Below are positions 33,676 to 43,645 of a stretch of DNA of 55,067 nt, one piece after another. Both the position numbers and the translations under genes were made by a program. Location of the stretch: IMG/VR virus record IMGVR_UViG_3300046791_000458, positions 1-55,067 of that record. One strand, given 5' to 3'. The notes under the pieces were generated by a model. That model was not told where the DNA came from, ran no database searches, and was given only the letters and a program-made list of their open reading frames with translations. This stretch comes from a virus (taxonomy: Duplodnaviria; Caudoviricetes). Numbering within the stretch: position 1 is the first letter of the stretch; each line of letters opens with the position of its first letter.

Positions 33676-36600
33676 ATGACGACGATTGAAGACACGCTGA
33701 CTTATATCGATGGTTCCACGGCCAATGGCCGCCTGGTGGTGCAGTGGAAGCCGTTCACCATCGGTAACGTCAACGCCGCCGGCGGCGAGCTGGAGTGGGC
33801 CATCGTCGATGGTGTTGTCTCGATTTCGCTATACAGCAACTCCGGCGCGCTTCCCTTCGGTGTCTATTACGTCGCCAAGTATGAGCTGGAGAACGGCGCG
33901 GTCTATTCGGAGCAATGGGTAGTCCCCGATCTGCCGACGGTGAACCTGGGCCAGGTGCGGGTGAGCTTCCCGCCGTCGCCCTCGGTGATGATCTCGCCGC
34001 TGCAGCTGTCTTCTCTCAACGCTGACCCGGGCATGTTTTTGATGTGGGACGGCCAGCGATGGATACCGGGCTATCCTTCCAGCTTCAACCTCAATCCCAA
34101 CTGGATCATCCTGGAGGCCGGCACCGCGGGGAGCAACGTCAACGTGGTGGGTTCGCCGGTGAGTCTGGGGAATTCCATCACCATCAATATCCCCGATGCC
34201 GGGCCGGCGGCCCGCGGCGTGGTGACGTCGGGCCTGCAGTCTTTGGGCGGTGCGAAGACGTTCCTGGCGACGGTGACTGTCAACCAGTCGGTGCAGTTCG
34301 TCTCGGGCGCGCTAGCGCCGGCGTACGGCGAGCTGACCGCCCACGGTTCCAGTAATGCCACCGTGCTGTTGTTTGGTGGCAATCTCCAGGTTGCTCGTGT
34401 CTCCGCCAATGACCGGCCTTACATCCAGGCGGACCGGTTTGTCGGCGGCGTAATGGATCTGATGACGGGGGGCGTGCCGCCTACGGCGATGATGCCGGGC
34501 ACGCAGGCGTCTCCCCTGAGTACTGCGGCGGCGATCCTGTTGCCGGTGCCGGCTGGTGTTGCCTGGGCCGGGATCGGCACCGGCCAGGCGGGCACCGTCT
34601 GGTTACGCACCGGCACACCTACGCAGGCCGGGTTCCTCTATCTCAATACCGCGGGCGACGTGACCTGCCGTGAGCTGCGCATGGACCCGTACCAGCATCT
34701 GAATGCCGCTGGCGTCGAGGCCGTGCGCTCTGATGCCACCATGGTGATGTACTCCACCACTGGCGCCTGGGCGGGCTATGGCGTGAATGACACGCCGGAG
34801 ATCTGGTTCAGGATGGGGCCGGATTCCGGCGGCGCCTATTATTATTTCGGCGCCGGCGGTGCGCGCTTCCCGAGTATCACGGTGGGCAGCATCACGGTGA
34901 CCGGCGGCATCAACATCCCGCCGGGAACGACAACCATCAGTGTCTACACCAACGACACTCTGCTGCTCCCCGCGGCGACTAGCTTAGACCTGAAGGCCGG
35001 CGCCAATATCACTCTCACGCCCAATACGGTGGGTACCCAGGCGGAGGTCACCATTACCGCGGCAAATGCATTACAGACGCCCTGGACCAGTGAGATCGAC
35101 GCGGCGGGTTTTGGCTTGACTCAAGTCAGGGCAATTGGCGTGGGCGGCCCTGCTGGTGGGGATGGCATCTTCACCAGATCAAGTGGCGCTTCTGAGGGCT
35201 ACAACCACACCAACACAAACCCTAATGGGCGGGCCGGGCTGATCGCATCGAATGACCTCGGGCATTCGTTCCGCTTCGATATGTGCGGGAGCACCAGGGG
35301 CAGTCCCGGGATTCCAGATACTGCGTTGATTGATTCCAGCAATACGCCGATTGCGTTTCTCATCACCGGGTCCGAGAAGATGCGGATCACGGCAGGCGGA
35401 CTGGTGGGCATCGGCATGGCGCCAACGGCCTTCCGGCTGGAGGTGGCGGGCGATATCAATATTGCCGGCATTTACCGGATCAACGGCGCGCCGCTGGACT
35501 ATGTGCCGAGCGCGCGGCGGATCAATACCGGGCTCGGCTTGACGGGTGGCGGCCCCTTGATCGCGGATCTCACGTTGTCGGTGGTGCCGGATACCACGGT
35601 GCAGCAGATCAACTACATGTTCAATGGAGTTTTGATCGGCACCCGGCCCGCGGTCAACCTGGTCCCAGGCGCCAACGTATCGCTCTCAGTGGTAGACGAC
35701 TTCGTCAACAATCGCATCAATGTGAGCGTGGCCGCGGTGGGCGGCACTGCCGGCATGGGCGATCCGACTACCGCCATCGGCGATCTGATCGTGCGCGGCT
35801 CGACAACGCTGGCCACGCCGCCGACGCGCCTGCCGGTGGGGGCCAACGCATTTGTACTGACGGCGGATTCCGCGGCTCCGCTGGGCATCAAGTGGGCGTC
35901 GCCAGGCGCCGGCTATACCGATCCTTTGACCACCAAAGGCGACATGGTGGTGCGCGGTGCCTCCGCCACCACGCGCATCGGCGTGGGGACCAACGGCTGG
36001 GTGCTGACCGCGGATTCCGCGCAGGCCACGGGCGTGAAGTGGGCCGCGGCGGCAGGCGGGTTCACCGATCCGACAACCACTAAGGGCGATATCATGGCGC
36101 GCGGTACTGCGGCCCCGGCTACGCGCTTAGGTATCGGCACTGACGGCCAGGTGCTCACCGCGGACGCAGCGTCGGGACTTGGGTTGAAATGGGCCACGCC
36201 AGCGGTAGGCGGCAATCAGACGCCCTGGACCAGTGATATCGACGCCTCCGGGTTCAGGCTCAACAATGTGGGCAGCATCGGCGTCGGCGTTAGCCCGGGG
36301 GTCGTCCCGCTCAAGATCGTGAAGAGCGGCGTCAATACTCTGTTCCTGGCCCAGGATATTTCTACTACCGCGTTGCCGACGTTCCAGATGCAGAACGATA
36401 CTGGGTACTCGCTGTTCTTTGGTGTCGGCGGGTCGGCGTATGGGACTGCCACGCTGCGCAATAACGGCTACATCCGCTCGGACGGTGAACTTCTGATTCA
36501 GACCGGGGCCGGTGCTCCTGAACGCATGCGCGTCACCGCGCTGGGCCAGGTTGGCATCGGCAAAACACCGGCCACTTACCGGCTGGAGGTGGCCGGCGAT

Positions 36601-39291
36601 ATAGACGTGACCGGGGGATACCGCATTAACGGCGTGTTGATTGGCATTGGCGCTTCGCAGACGCCGTGGTTGCAGAATATCGATGGCGGCGGATTCACGT
36701 TGAAGAATGCGGGAAATGTAGGCATTGGCAACGATCTCGCTGTGTTGCCAAATGTTAGCGCCACCCAGATTCACCTTGTGGTTGGGCCTTCCTTGGCTGG
36801 ACAAGTCACGGTTGCGGCTAACGCAGGGGTAGCGGGGATTGTTGGTAGTTTTGCTGGCGCAAATTACGCTAAGACGGGGACGGACAAGAGGGTCGCCTCT
36901 ATTAATATTGCCACTGATGGCGCAATTGATTCTGGACTATTTCAGTTTTATACATGGAATCTTGGCGTTGTTGCCGAGCGCATGCGGCTCACGGCGGCGG
37001 GGCTGGTGGGGATAGGAGCTACCGCGCCAACTGAGCGTCTGTCATTGTCTGGCGGGAATATTCTGCTTGATGCCTTCGGCGACGCAGGGTCAACGGAGAA
37101 CCTCGCGCAGCATGGCATCTTCTTTCGGAAGGACTTCTCGCCAGGAGGGGCTAACGGCGGTACGGAAGTGTATCGGCGCAATGCTTCGATCACAACAGGC
37201 AACGGGACTGGCGGTTTAGGCGATGCGATAGATATTAACGCTGGCCATCATATTGCTTTTTTCGGTGGCGCGACGGAGCGGATGCGGATCATGGCGTCGG
37301 GCAATGTTGGCATCGGCTGTAATCCGCTCGCCCCCCTACAGGTCATTGGCGGCCCAGGAGTAGTGGGAACCATCGTCAATATTGGAGCAAATGGTGCTGG
37401 AGATTTACTACAGCTTGGCTATGATGCTACGGGATATTCATTCGTTACTGGTTCTCCATATGGGCCGTTCCAAGTAAGGACGCAATCGGGGCAGCCCATA
37501 CATCTACGAGCATTAACTATGATACTGGCCGACTCCGTAGGAGGTGGGCAGGGATCACAGCTGTCTGTCGGTGGATTAACGGACACCAGGAAGGCGCTTT
37601 GGCTCAGTTTCGATACGACGAGCAATGTAGGCAGAATCGAAGCTGGTATTGCCGGGGTTAGTTGGAACAACCTGCTATTGAATCCGCTCGGCGGTTTCAT
37701 AGGTATGGGAATGACTAACCCGCAGACGAGCCTTGATGTTGCGGGGACGATTCGATGCGGTGGCTCTATCTCACCTGGAAGCGGCGTAGGGATGGAGATT
37801 CACTATAATGCGCCACTCAACCTTGGGACGATCATCGCCTATGGCCGGGATGGCACTGGGGCGAAGGCTCTGCACCTCGGATGCGATGGAGCCTCGGGCT
37901 TGCGAGTTATGCCATCGGGTGTCGTTGGCGTAAATCAGAATGCGCCAGTTGGTCAATTTCATATTAAGGGAGGAAACAATCCCACGTTGCGCCTCGAAAC
38001 TCTCGGGACGATCAGCACCGGGGGCGGCTGTTACATCGACTTCGTGGACCCTGCCGGAAGAAGTGCTTACATCGGATTCGGTGGTGGCGCGAATGTCTTC
38101 ACCTTCCAGAAAGATGGTGCAGGATACTTTAACTTCGGCCAGCCTAATCTAGTCGTCGGTCTGGGTGCGCCGCCGCACTCCGGGTCGGCACTTACCTTGT
38201 TTAACGGCAGTCCGAATACTGCCTTGACATCGAATCAGTTATTCATCGGGGAGTCGTCGAACAATACAGCCTACGGTCTGAATATCGGCTTTGGAGCCTT
38301 TGCGGGGTGGGCTGGATGTATTCAAACTATTACTGGCGGTGTTGGCGGTCCTCTCCATCTTAATCCCGCTGGCGGGCAAGTCGCAGTCAACTTCAACAAC
38401 ACCGGCCCGTACACGGTGTCTACTTTCAACGTGAACGGGTGGATGGCGATCTCGTCCAACGCGACCACTCACGTTACCTTGGGCAGTGACATAGCGGGCG
38501 CCACGAATCCGAATACCTTTGGTGGCCTGTTTATTGACGGCAACCTGGCGTTTCGGATTGATTGTCTGAGCGGCGGTGTCGCATGGCGGAATGTAGTCGC
38601 CAATCTCGGTGGCGGCAATTTCGGTGTGGGCGTCGCAGTGCCGGGATATAAGGTCGATGTCGCCGGGGTGGTTAACAGCAACACCGGCTTCCGTTGTACG
38701 GCGAAGGGCCAGACTCTTCTCGGTAATTCCCTTGGGGGCGTAACCGCGCTTCAGCAGACCGATGCCAATATTCTGCTCTATAGCGGCGGCACCAGTAATT
38801 GGGCGGGTATCGGGACCGATGTCAGCGGCAATATGTGGTTCCGCACGGGCCTCAGCGGTACGCCGAATGCGGCGATGGTTATCGGTAACGGCGGAGGGGT
38901 GGGCCTTGCGAACACTGGTCCGGTCTATGTACTCCACTTAGGGACTGACTCCGCAGCCAAGCCGGGGAGCAATGTCTGGATTGTGGCATCTGACAGGCGC
39001 CTGAAGCGTGACATCCGGCCTTACAAGGAAGGGCTGGACACCCTGCTTAAGCTGCAGCCCATTTCCTGGGAATACAACGGCGAGTGCGAGATACCGGACG
39101 GTTTGAGCGCGGTAGGCTTTTCCGCGCAGGATGTTGAGCCAATCATCCCGCAATGTGTCCATCGTCGCCCCGGCAGGATCGCCGGCGAAGATACGGAAGT
39201 CCTGGCGCTGAACACGGGAGAATTGCAGTACATGATGATGAACGCGCTGCGCGAACTGAACGAGCGGCTGCGAATTCTGGAGGGTGTATGA
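33676..39291 (+). CDS. Long tail fibre (1871 aa) with C-terminal peptidase S74 intramolecular chaperone
   Basis: ERMRI..G.VGIG repeats, TTKGD repeats, SDRRLKRDI cleavage motif, GFSAQDVE, terminal coiled coil. Confidence 0.9.
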   Translation: MTTIEDTLTYIDGSTANGRLVVQWKPFTIGNVNAAGGELEWAIVDGVVSISLYSNSGALPFGVYYVAKYELENGAVYSEQWVVPDLPTVNLGQVRVSFPPSPSVMISPLQLSSLNADPGMFLMWDGQRWIPGYPSSFNLNPNWIILEAGTAGSNVNVVGSPVSLGNSITINIPDAGPAARGVVTSGLQSLGGAKTFLATVTVNQSVQFVSGALAPAYGELTAHGSSNATVLLFGGNLQVARVSANDRPYIQADRFVGGVMDLMTGGVPPTAMMPGTQASPLSTAAAILLPVPAGVAWAGIGTGQAGTVWLRTGTPTQAGFLYLNTAGDVTCRELRMDPYQHLNAAGVEAVRSDATMVMYSTTGAWAGYGVNDTPEIWFRMGPDSGGAYYYFGAGGARFPSITVGSITVTGGINIPPGTTTISVYTNDTLLLPAATSLDLKAGANITLTPNTVGTQAEVTITAANALQTPWTSEIDAAGFGLTQVRAIGVGGPAGGDGIFTRSSGASEGYNHTNTNPNGRAGLIASNDLGHSFRFDMCGSTRGSPGIPDTALIDSSNTPIAFLITGSEKMRITAGGLVGIGMAPTAFRLEVAGDINIAGIYRINGAPLDYVPSARRINTGLGLTGGGPLIADLTLSVVPDTTVQQINYMFNGVLIGTRPAVNLVPGANVSLSVVDDFVNNRINVSVAAVGGTAGMGDPTTAIGDLIVRGSTTLATPPTRLPVGANAFVLTADSAAPLGIKWASPGAGYTDPLTTKGDMVVRGASATTRIGVGTNGWVLTADSAQATGVKWAAAAGGFTDPTTTKGDIMARGTAAPATRLGIGTDGQVLTADAASGLGLKWATPAVGGNQTPWTSDIDASGFRLNNVGSIGVGVSPGVVPLKIVKSGVNTLFLAQDISTTALPTFQMQNDTGYSLFFGVGGSAYGTATLRNNGYIRSDGELLIQTGAGAPERMRVTALGQVGIGKTPATYRLEVAGDIDVTGGYRINGVLIGIGASQTPWLQNIDGGGFTLKNAGNVGIGNDLAVLPNVSATQIHLVVGPSLAGQVTVAANAGVAGIVGSFAGANYAKTGTDKRVASINIATDGAIDSGLFQFYTWNLGVVAERMRLTAAGLVGIGATAPTERLSLSGGNILLDAFGDAGSTENLAQHGIFFRKDFSPGGANGGTEVYRRNASITTGNGTGGLGDAIDINAGHHIAFFGGATERMRIMASGNVGIGCNPLAPLQVIGGPGVVGTIVNIGANGAGDLLQLGYDATGYSFVTGSPYGPFQVRTQSGQPIHLRALTMILADSVGGGQGSQLSVGGLTDTRKALWLSFDTTSNVGRIEAGIAGVSWNNLLLNPLGGFIGMGMTNPQTSLDVAGTIRCGGSISPGSGVGMEIHYNAPLNLGTIIAYGRDGTGAKALHLGCDGASGLRVMPSGVVGVNQNAPVGQFHIKGGNNPTLRLETLGTISTGGGCYIDFVDPAGRSAYIGFGGGANVFTFQKDGAGYFNFGQPNLVVGLGAPPHSGSALTLFNGSPNTALTSNQLFIGESSNNTAYGLNIGFGAFAGWAGCIQTITGGVGGPLHLNPAGGQVAVNFNNTGPYTVSTFNVNGWMAISSNATTHVTLGSDIAGATNPNTFGGLFIDGNLAFRIDCLSGGVAWRNVVANLGGGNFGVGVAVPGYKVDVAGVVNSNTGFRCTAKGQTLLGNSLGGVTALQQTDANILLYSGGTSNWAGIGTDVSGNMWFRTGLSGTPNAAMVIGNGGGVGLANTGPVYVLHLGTDSAAKPGSNVWIVASDRRLKRDIRPYKEGLDTLLKLQPISWEYNGECEIPDGLSAVGFSAQDVEPIIPQCVHRRPGRIAGEDTEVLALNTGELQYMMMNALRELNERLRILEGV

Positions 39292-39575
39292 CATACGAAG
39301 AGTCCGCGGCCTTGATGACCGACATGGCCTTTCGGGGCCGGGTCAAAGTAGCCGTCTTGAAGTACGCCGACTCGATCATGATCGAGCTGCCGAGCGTGCC
39401 GGCACACAATACACGCGAGCGGTGGGCCACTACCGCCATGCAGAATCCCGATGCCATCGCGGCGCAGATTCAGCCGCCCACGATCATGGACCCGGCGGTA
39501 CAGCAGGATGGCGCCACCATCACTGACGCGGCTCTGCAGAGCGCCGTTGAGGGCACCGTCAACAAAATACTCTGA
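39288..39575 (+). CDS. Small tail-associated protein (95 aa)
   Basis: GGAGG RBS; ATGA overlap with tail fibre gene. Confidence 0.72.
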   Translation: MTYEESAALMTDMAFRGRVKVAVLKYADSIMIELPSVPAHNTRERWATTAMQNPDAIAAQIQPPTIMDPAVQQDGATITDAALQSAVEGTVNKIL

Positions 39576-39590
39576 GGAGAGAAGTGAAGG

Positions 39591-39959
39591 ATGAGACTGT
39601 CTTTAGATCACCAACAACGACTGAATTTGATTGCCCTGATGGGCACGGTGCGCGGCAACGTGGCCGAGGTGCGCATGTTATCCAAACTCTGCGAGCGCCT
39701 GGAGCTGGACGACAAAGAGAAGGAGGCCATCGGCTACCGGACCGCCACCCAGAACGGCGTCGAGATGCCCTCCTGGAACTGGGACTTGAGCCTGCCGGAG
39801 CGCGAGTTTGAGGTTACCGACGCCGAGGCGCATAAGCTGCGAAAGATCATTGACGAGTGGCCGCACTTCCTCACGGCGACGGATCGCAAGTGGCTGTTCC
39901 CCTTGCTGGACCAGCTGCCCGAGGCCGTACCGGAAGCGACGCCAGCGCGGGTGGCATGA
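39591..39959 (+). CDS. Hypothetical protein, possible tail-fibre assembly factor
   Basis: AAGG/GAGGAG upstream; position after fibre genes. Confidence 0.68.
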   Translation: MRLSLDHQQRLNLIALMGTVRGNVAEVRMLSKLCERLELDDKEKEAIGYRTATQNGVEMPSWNWDLSLPEREFEVTDAEAHKLRKIIDEWPHFLTATDRKWLFPLLDQLPEAVPEATPARVA

Positions 39960-41851
39960 TCCAGAAAATCCAATTTCGCCCGGGTATCGTCAGAGAGCTG
40001 ACCCAGTACGCCAATAGCGGCGGCTGGTTCGACTGCGACAAGATCCGCTTCCGCCAGGGCTATCCTGAAAAGATTGGTGGCTGGCAGGCAGTGTCGCGTG
40101 AGCAGTTCCAGGGGACGTGCCGCTGCCTGCACCAGTGGAGTAGCGTCGAGTTTGACCGCTACATTTCCATGGGCACGAGCGAGAAGCTCTATATCCTCTG
40201 GGGCAACAGCTACTACGACATTACACCTATTCGCAAGATCTTCAACCCGCTGCCGGCGAACCCGATCTGCACTTACACGGCGCCGGATATCCTGAAGGTC
40301 CATGTGCCCCTGCACGGCATGACCAGTCCGGGCGACTTTGTCCTGATCAGTGGTGTAACTACCGCGGTGGACACCTTCCAGCCCGCGGCGCTCAACGCCG
40401 AATTCAAGGTGGTCGGCATCCTCGATATCGACTACTTCACCATCCGGGCCGTGGGTACGATGACGGCGACGGGCCTCTGCGGCGGCGGCAGCACGGTGAG
40501 CGCCTCCTTCCAGGTGCCGGTGGGCCTGGATAACGCGCTGGTCGGCACCGGCTGGGGCATCCCGCCCTGGGGCGGTTCCAACAACCTCCTGGCCCCGGCC
40601 CAGTGGACCGGTTGGGGCATCGGCTTCGATCCGCGCCTGCTCAATCCCGTGGGCTTCGACGTCAATCAAATCAGATTGTGGGACATGGATAATTTCGGCG
40701 AGGACCTGGTCGCCAACATCCGCCACGGCCCGATCTATTACTGGCACCAGGAGCAGGGCGTCGGTAAGCCGGCGCTGCCCTTGAACCAGGCCGTAACCAT
40801 CAACGGTGTGCCCTTCACGCCCCACCAGGTGCCCAACTTCGCGGCCCAGATCCTGGTGTCGCCCAATGACCGTCACCTGATCGCCCTGGGTTGCGACGAG
40901 GTCGGCGCCATCGAGCCGGACCCGCTCCTGGTGCGCTGGAGCCACGAGGAGGACGCCTACGAGTGGGAACCGCGGCGCGATACCTCCGCCGGCGGCCAGC
41001 GGCTCTCGCTGGGCTCCTACATCATCAGCGGCCTACGCACCCGCCAGGAGATTCTGATCTGGACCGATCTGGGCCTATGGAGCATGCGCTACATCGGCAC
41101 GCCCTACGTCTTCGGCTTCGATGTGATCGCCGAGGGCCTGAGTATCATCGGCCCCAACGCCAGCGTCAACGCCGGCAACATGCTTTTCTGGATGGACAGG
41201 GGAATTTTTTATGCCTACACCGGCCAGGTGCAGGAGCTGCCCTGCACGGTGAAGGACTACATTTTCAGCGACCTGAATTACACCCAGGAGTACAAGATCG
41301 TCACCGGGCACAACCATGCCTTCAGCGAGGTTATCTGGTTCTACCCGAGTGCGGCCTCCGACGAGATCGACAAGTATGTCATCTACAATTACGTGGATCA
41401 GTCCTGGTCCATCGGCAGGATGGAGCGCACCGCTTGGCTGGACATGGGGCGCAGCACCTACCCCATTGCTGCCTCCAAGCACTTTCACGTACTGTATTAC
41501 CACGAGCTGGGGACAGACGCTGATGGCTCTGTACTACCTGCCTACATCGAGTCCAGCGACATTGACCAGGAGGGCGGGGACCACTTCCTCTTCCTCTCGC
41601 GGTTAATTCCCGACGTGCAGTTCCGCGGCACGAGCAGCACGCAGACCGTGGGCATCAGCGTCTTGACGCGCAACGCGGCCCTGGGCCTCAAGGACGTGCG
41701 CGCGCGCATTACAGTGACGCCGTCGAGCGAGCAGGCCCATATCCGGGTGCGCAGCCGGCAGATCTCGTTCCGCGTCGAGAGCAACCACCTGGGCGTCGGC
41801 TGGCGCCTGGGAACCCTGCGGGGCGACCTGCAGGTGGATGGAGAGAGGTAA
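39956..41851 (+). CDS. Tail nozzle / DNA stabilisation protein (P22 gp10, T7 gp12-like beta-propeller)
   Basis: F.PGI.RE.T.Y...GGW.DCDK.RFR.G.PEKIGGW...RWS..E...W...WTD...N..F.EV.WFYPS...WRLG..R.D...DG.R. Confidence 0.78.
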   Translation: MIQKIQFRPGIVRELTQYANSGGWFDCDKIRFRQGYPEKIGGWQAVSREQFQGTCRCLHQWSSVEFDRYISMGTSEKLYILWGNSYYDITPIRKIFNPLPANPICTYTAPDILKVHVPLHGMTSPGDFVLISGVTTAVDTFQPAALNAEFKVVGILDIDYFTIRAVGTMTATGLCGGGSTVSASFQVPVGLDNALVGTGWGIPPWGGSNNLLAPAQWTGWGIGFDPRLLNPVGFDVNQIRLWDMDNFGEDLVANIRHGPIYYWHQEQGVGKPALPLNQAVTINGVPFTPHQVPNFAAQILVSPNDRHLIALGCDEVGAIEPDPLLVRWSHEEDAYEWEPRRDTSAGGQRLSLGSYIISGLRTRQEILIWTDLGLWSMRYIGTPYVFGFDVIAEGLSIIGPNASVNAGNMLFWMDRGIFYAYTGQVQELPCTVKDYIFSDLNYTQEYKIVTGHNHAFSEVIWFYPSAASDEIDKYVIYNYVDQSWSIGRMERTAWLDMGRSTYPIAASKHFHVLYYHELGTDADGSVLPAYIESSDIDQEGGDHFLFLSRLIPDVQFRGTSSTQTVGISVLTRNAALGLKDVRARITVTPSSEQAHIRVRSRQISFRVESNHLGVGWRLGTLRGDLQVDGER

Positions 41852-41855
41852 CCAT

Positions 41856-42038
41856 ATGACGCTTGCATTCTGGTACTGGCTTCTGATGGTGATTTGGCTG
41901 TTGTTCGGCTTCTGGAGATACTACGATCCGGCACAACCGTTCTACCGTAACTGGGGCGGCCACTTTCTCGGCTTCCTGCTATTCCTGGTCATCGGCCTGA
42001 AACTGTTCGGAGATCCGGGCGGGGCCTTGATTAAGTAG
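41856..42038 (+). CDS. Small two-transmembrane aromatic-rich membrane protein
   Basis: Two hydrophobic segments; GAGG RBS. Confidence 0.72.
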   Translation: MTLAFWYWLLMVIWLLFGFWRYYDPAQPFYRNWGGHFLGFLLFLVIGLKLFGDPGGALIK

Positions 42039-42042
42039 ATCT

Positions 42043-42327
42043 ATGGCACGCCAGGTCCGACAAACACTGCCCGATGCACCGCCCGAGTACGACCAGGCCT
42101 ATATCGCCGCCCTGGCGCGCAGCCTGAATAGCTACATGAACCAGGCCCAGGCCCTGGGCGAGGTGGTCGCGGCGCGCTTTATCATGACTGACCCGGTCCA
42201 TGTTCCCGGCGACATTCCCCACATCAAGGGCCAGCCGACCACCGCGGGCCTGCCGGTGGGCACGCTGTATTTGACGACGGTCAGTGGCGTTCCGGTGCTT
42301 ACCGTGGTGATGAAGGGAGACGCATGA
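42043..42327 (+). CDS. Conserved virion-module protein (LP.AP.EYD..Y...L.R.L..Y)
   Basis: Motif typical of the gene after the nozzle. Confidence 0.72.
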   Translation: MARQVRQTLPDAPPEYDQAYIAALARSLNSYMNQAQALGEVVAARFIMTDPVHVPGDIPHIKGQPTTAGLPVGTLYLTTVSGVPVLTVVMKGDA

Positions 42328-42328
42328 C

Positions 42329-43096
42329 ATGATGAATCCGATCCGTAACATCGAAAAGCACCTTGGCCCGGGCGGCCCGGAGAAGTCTTTGGCGATCCGC
42401 ATTCCCAAGGCGCCCGATCCCCTGCGGCGTAAGCCTCACAACTATCCCATGAAGCGTGCGAACCCGGTGCCGGGGATGCGTCTGTCCATTCCCAAGATGC
42501 AGGAGGGCGGCGACTACGAGGAGCCGGACTCGATGGACGAGCCCACGCCAGCGGCCATGGACCTGGCCGAGCCGGACGACCAGCTATCCCCGCGCGACCA
42601 GGACATGAAGCAGATTGTGGTCGAGGCTATGGCGGCCCTGCGCGGCCAGCATCCCGATCCCGAGAAGGCCATCCAGCGGTTCGTCGAGGCCTTTGGCGAA
42701 AAGGACCTGGAGGAGCTGAAGCAGATGGTGTCCCAGGAGCCCGACCAGGATGACATGGGCGGCCCCCAGGATAGCGACGAGGATGACCTGGGCGGCGGTG
42801 GGCCGCCGCCGGGCATGCAGGTCGGCGGCCTGCTCCACGGCCCTGGCTCCGGCCAGGATGACAAGATCGAGGCGGCCACGCCCACCGGTCGCAAGGTGCT
42901 GTTGAGCGACGGCGAGTATGTGATCGATGCGCCCACGGTGGCGGTGATCGGCGACGGCTCGACCAACGCCGGCGCGCGCCGTCTGGACAAATTCCGCCAG
43001 GAAGTGCGGCGCCAGGCCTACGGCCACGAGCAGCAGGCCAAGCCGATGAGCAGGGGCGGGCGGGCGATGTTAGAGGCGCTGAACGACAGTGAATGA
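42329..43096 (+). CDS. Putative internal virion protein
   Basis: MQEGG and MQVGG motifs; GPG.G..D.I.A...LSDGEYVI.A..V..IG.GS..AGA..L domain. Confidence 0.7.
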   Translation: MMNPIRNIEKHLGPGGPEKSLAIRIPKAPDPLRRKPHNYPMKRANPVPGMRLSIPKMQEGGDYEEPDSMDEPTPAAMDLAEPDDQLSPRDQDMKQIVVEAMAALRGQHPDPEKAIQRFVEAFGEKDLEELKQMVSQEPDQDDMGGPQDSDEDDLGGGGPPPGMQVGGLLHGPGSGQDDKIEAATPTGRKVLLSDGEYVIDAPTVAVIGDGSTNAGARRLDKFRQEVRRQAYGHEQQAKPMSRGGRAMLEALNDSE

Positions 43097-43280
43097 CCTG
43101 GACTATCTGTTGGCCAAGGAAATAGAGGGGAGGTTACAAACCGTGTTGGATGGACTATCAAAGGGCGCCCCCACCGATTATGCCGAGTACTGTAAGCTGG
43201 TAGGCGAAATCCGCGGGCTGCGTTACGGCCTGGCGGCTTTAACCAACATCCGGCAACAGATCGGAGCGGAGGACGTATGA
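43089..43280 (+). CDS. Conserved small protein upstream of GroES
   Basis: L..G...DY.EY...VG.IRGL. Confidence 0.72.
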   Translation: MNDLDYLLAKEIEGRLQTVLDGLSKGAPTDYAEYCKLVGEIRGLRYGLAALTNIRQQIGAEDV

Positions 43281-43642
43281 GCCCGGTGGGCGAAGTTAAC
43301 CTGGCCGGCGTGTTGGCCGTGGTGCGGCCCACCGGCTATCGCATTCTGGTGCGCATTCCGCACCTCGACGCCAAAATGTCGAGCGGCCTCTATCGGCCCG
43401 ACACCTCGCGTTCGCAGGAGCAGACCGCGTCCTGCCTGGGTGAAGTCCTGGCCCTGGGCGAGACGGCTTACAAAGATCCCGAGAAATTCCCCGGCGAGGC
43501 CTGGTGCCAGCCGGGCGACGTGATTATGATGCGCCAGTATTCCGGCACGCGGTTCAAGGTGGACGGCGAGGAGTACCGGCTAATCAATGACGACACCGTG
43601 GAGGCGGTGGTGAGCGATCCCCAGCGGGTCGAGCGGGTATAG
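43277..43642 (+). CDS. groES: GroES/Cpn10-like co-chaperonin
   Basis: RPTGYRILV...SGLY...GEVLALG...GD.....YSGT.FK.DG.EYRLINDD.V.AVV. Confidence 0.88.
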   Translation: MSPVGEVNLAGVLAVVRPTGYRILVRIPHLDAKMSSGLYRPDTSRSQEQTASCLGEVLALGETAYKDPEKFPGEAWCQPGDVIMMRQYSGTRFKVDGEEYRLINDDTVEAVVSDPQRVERV

Positions 43643-43645
43643 CTT

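Noticed and set aside
33676-39291. Diversity-generating retroelement or shufflon acting on the tail fibre
   Set aside because: No reverse transcriptase or invertase, no adenine-specific TR/VR pair and no inverted crossover sites seen
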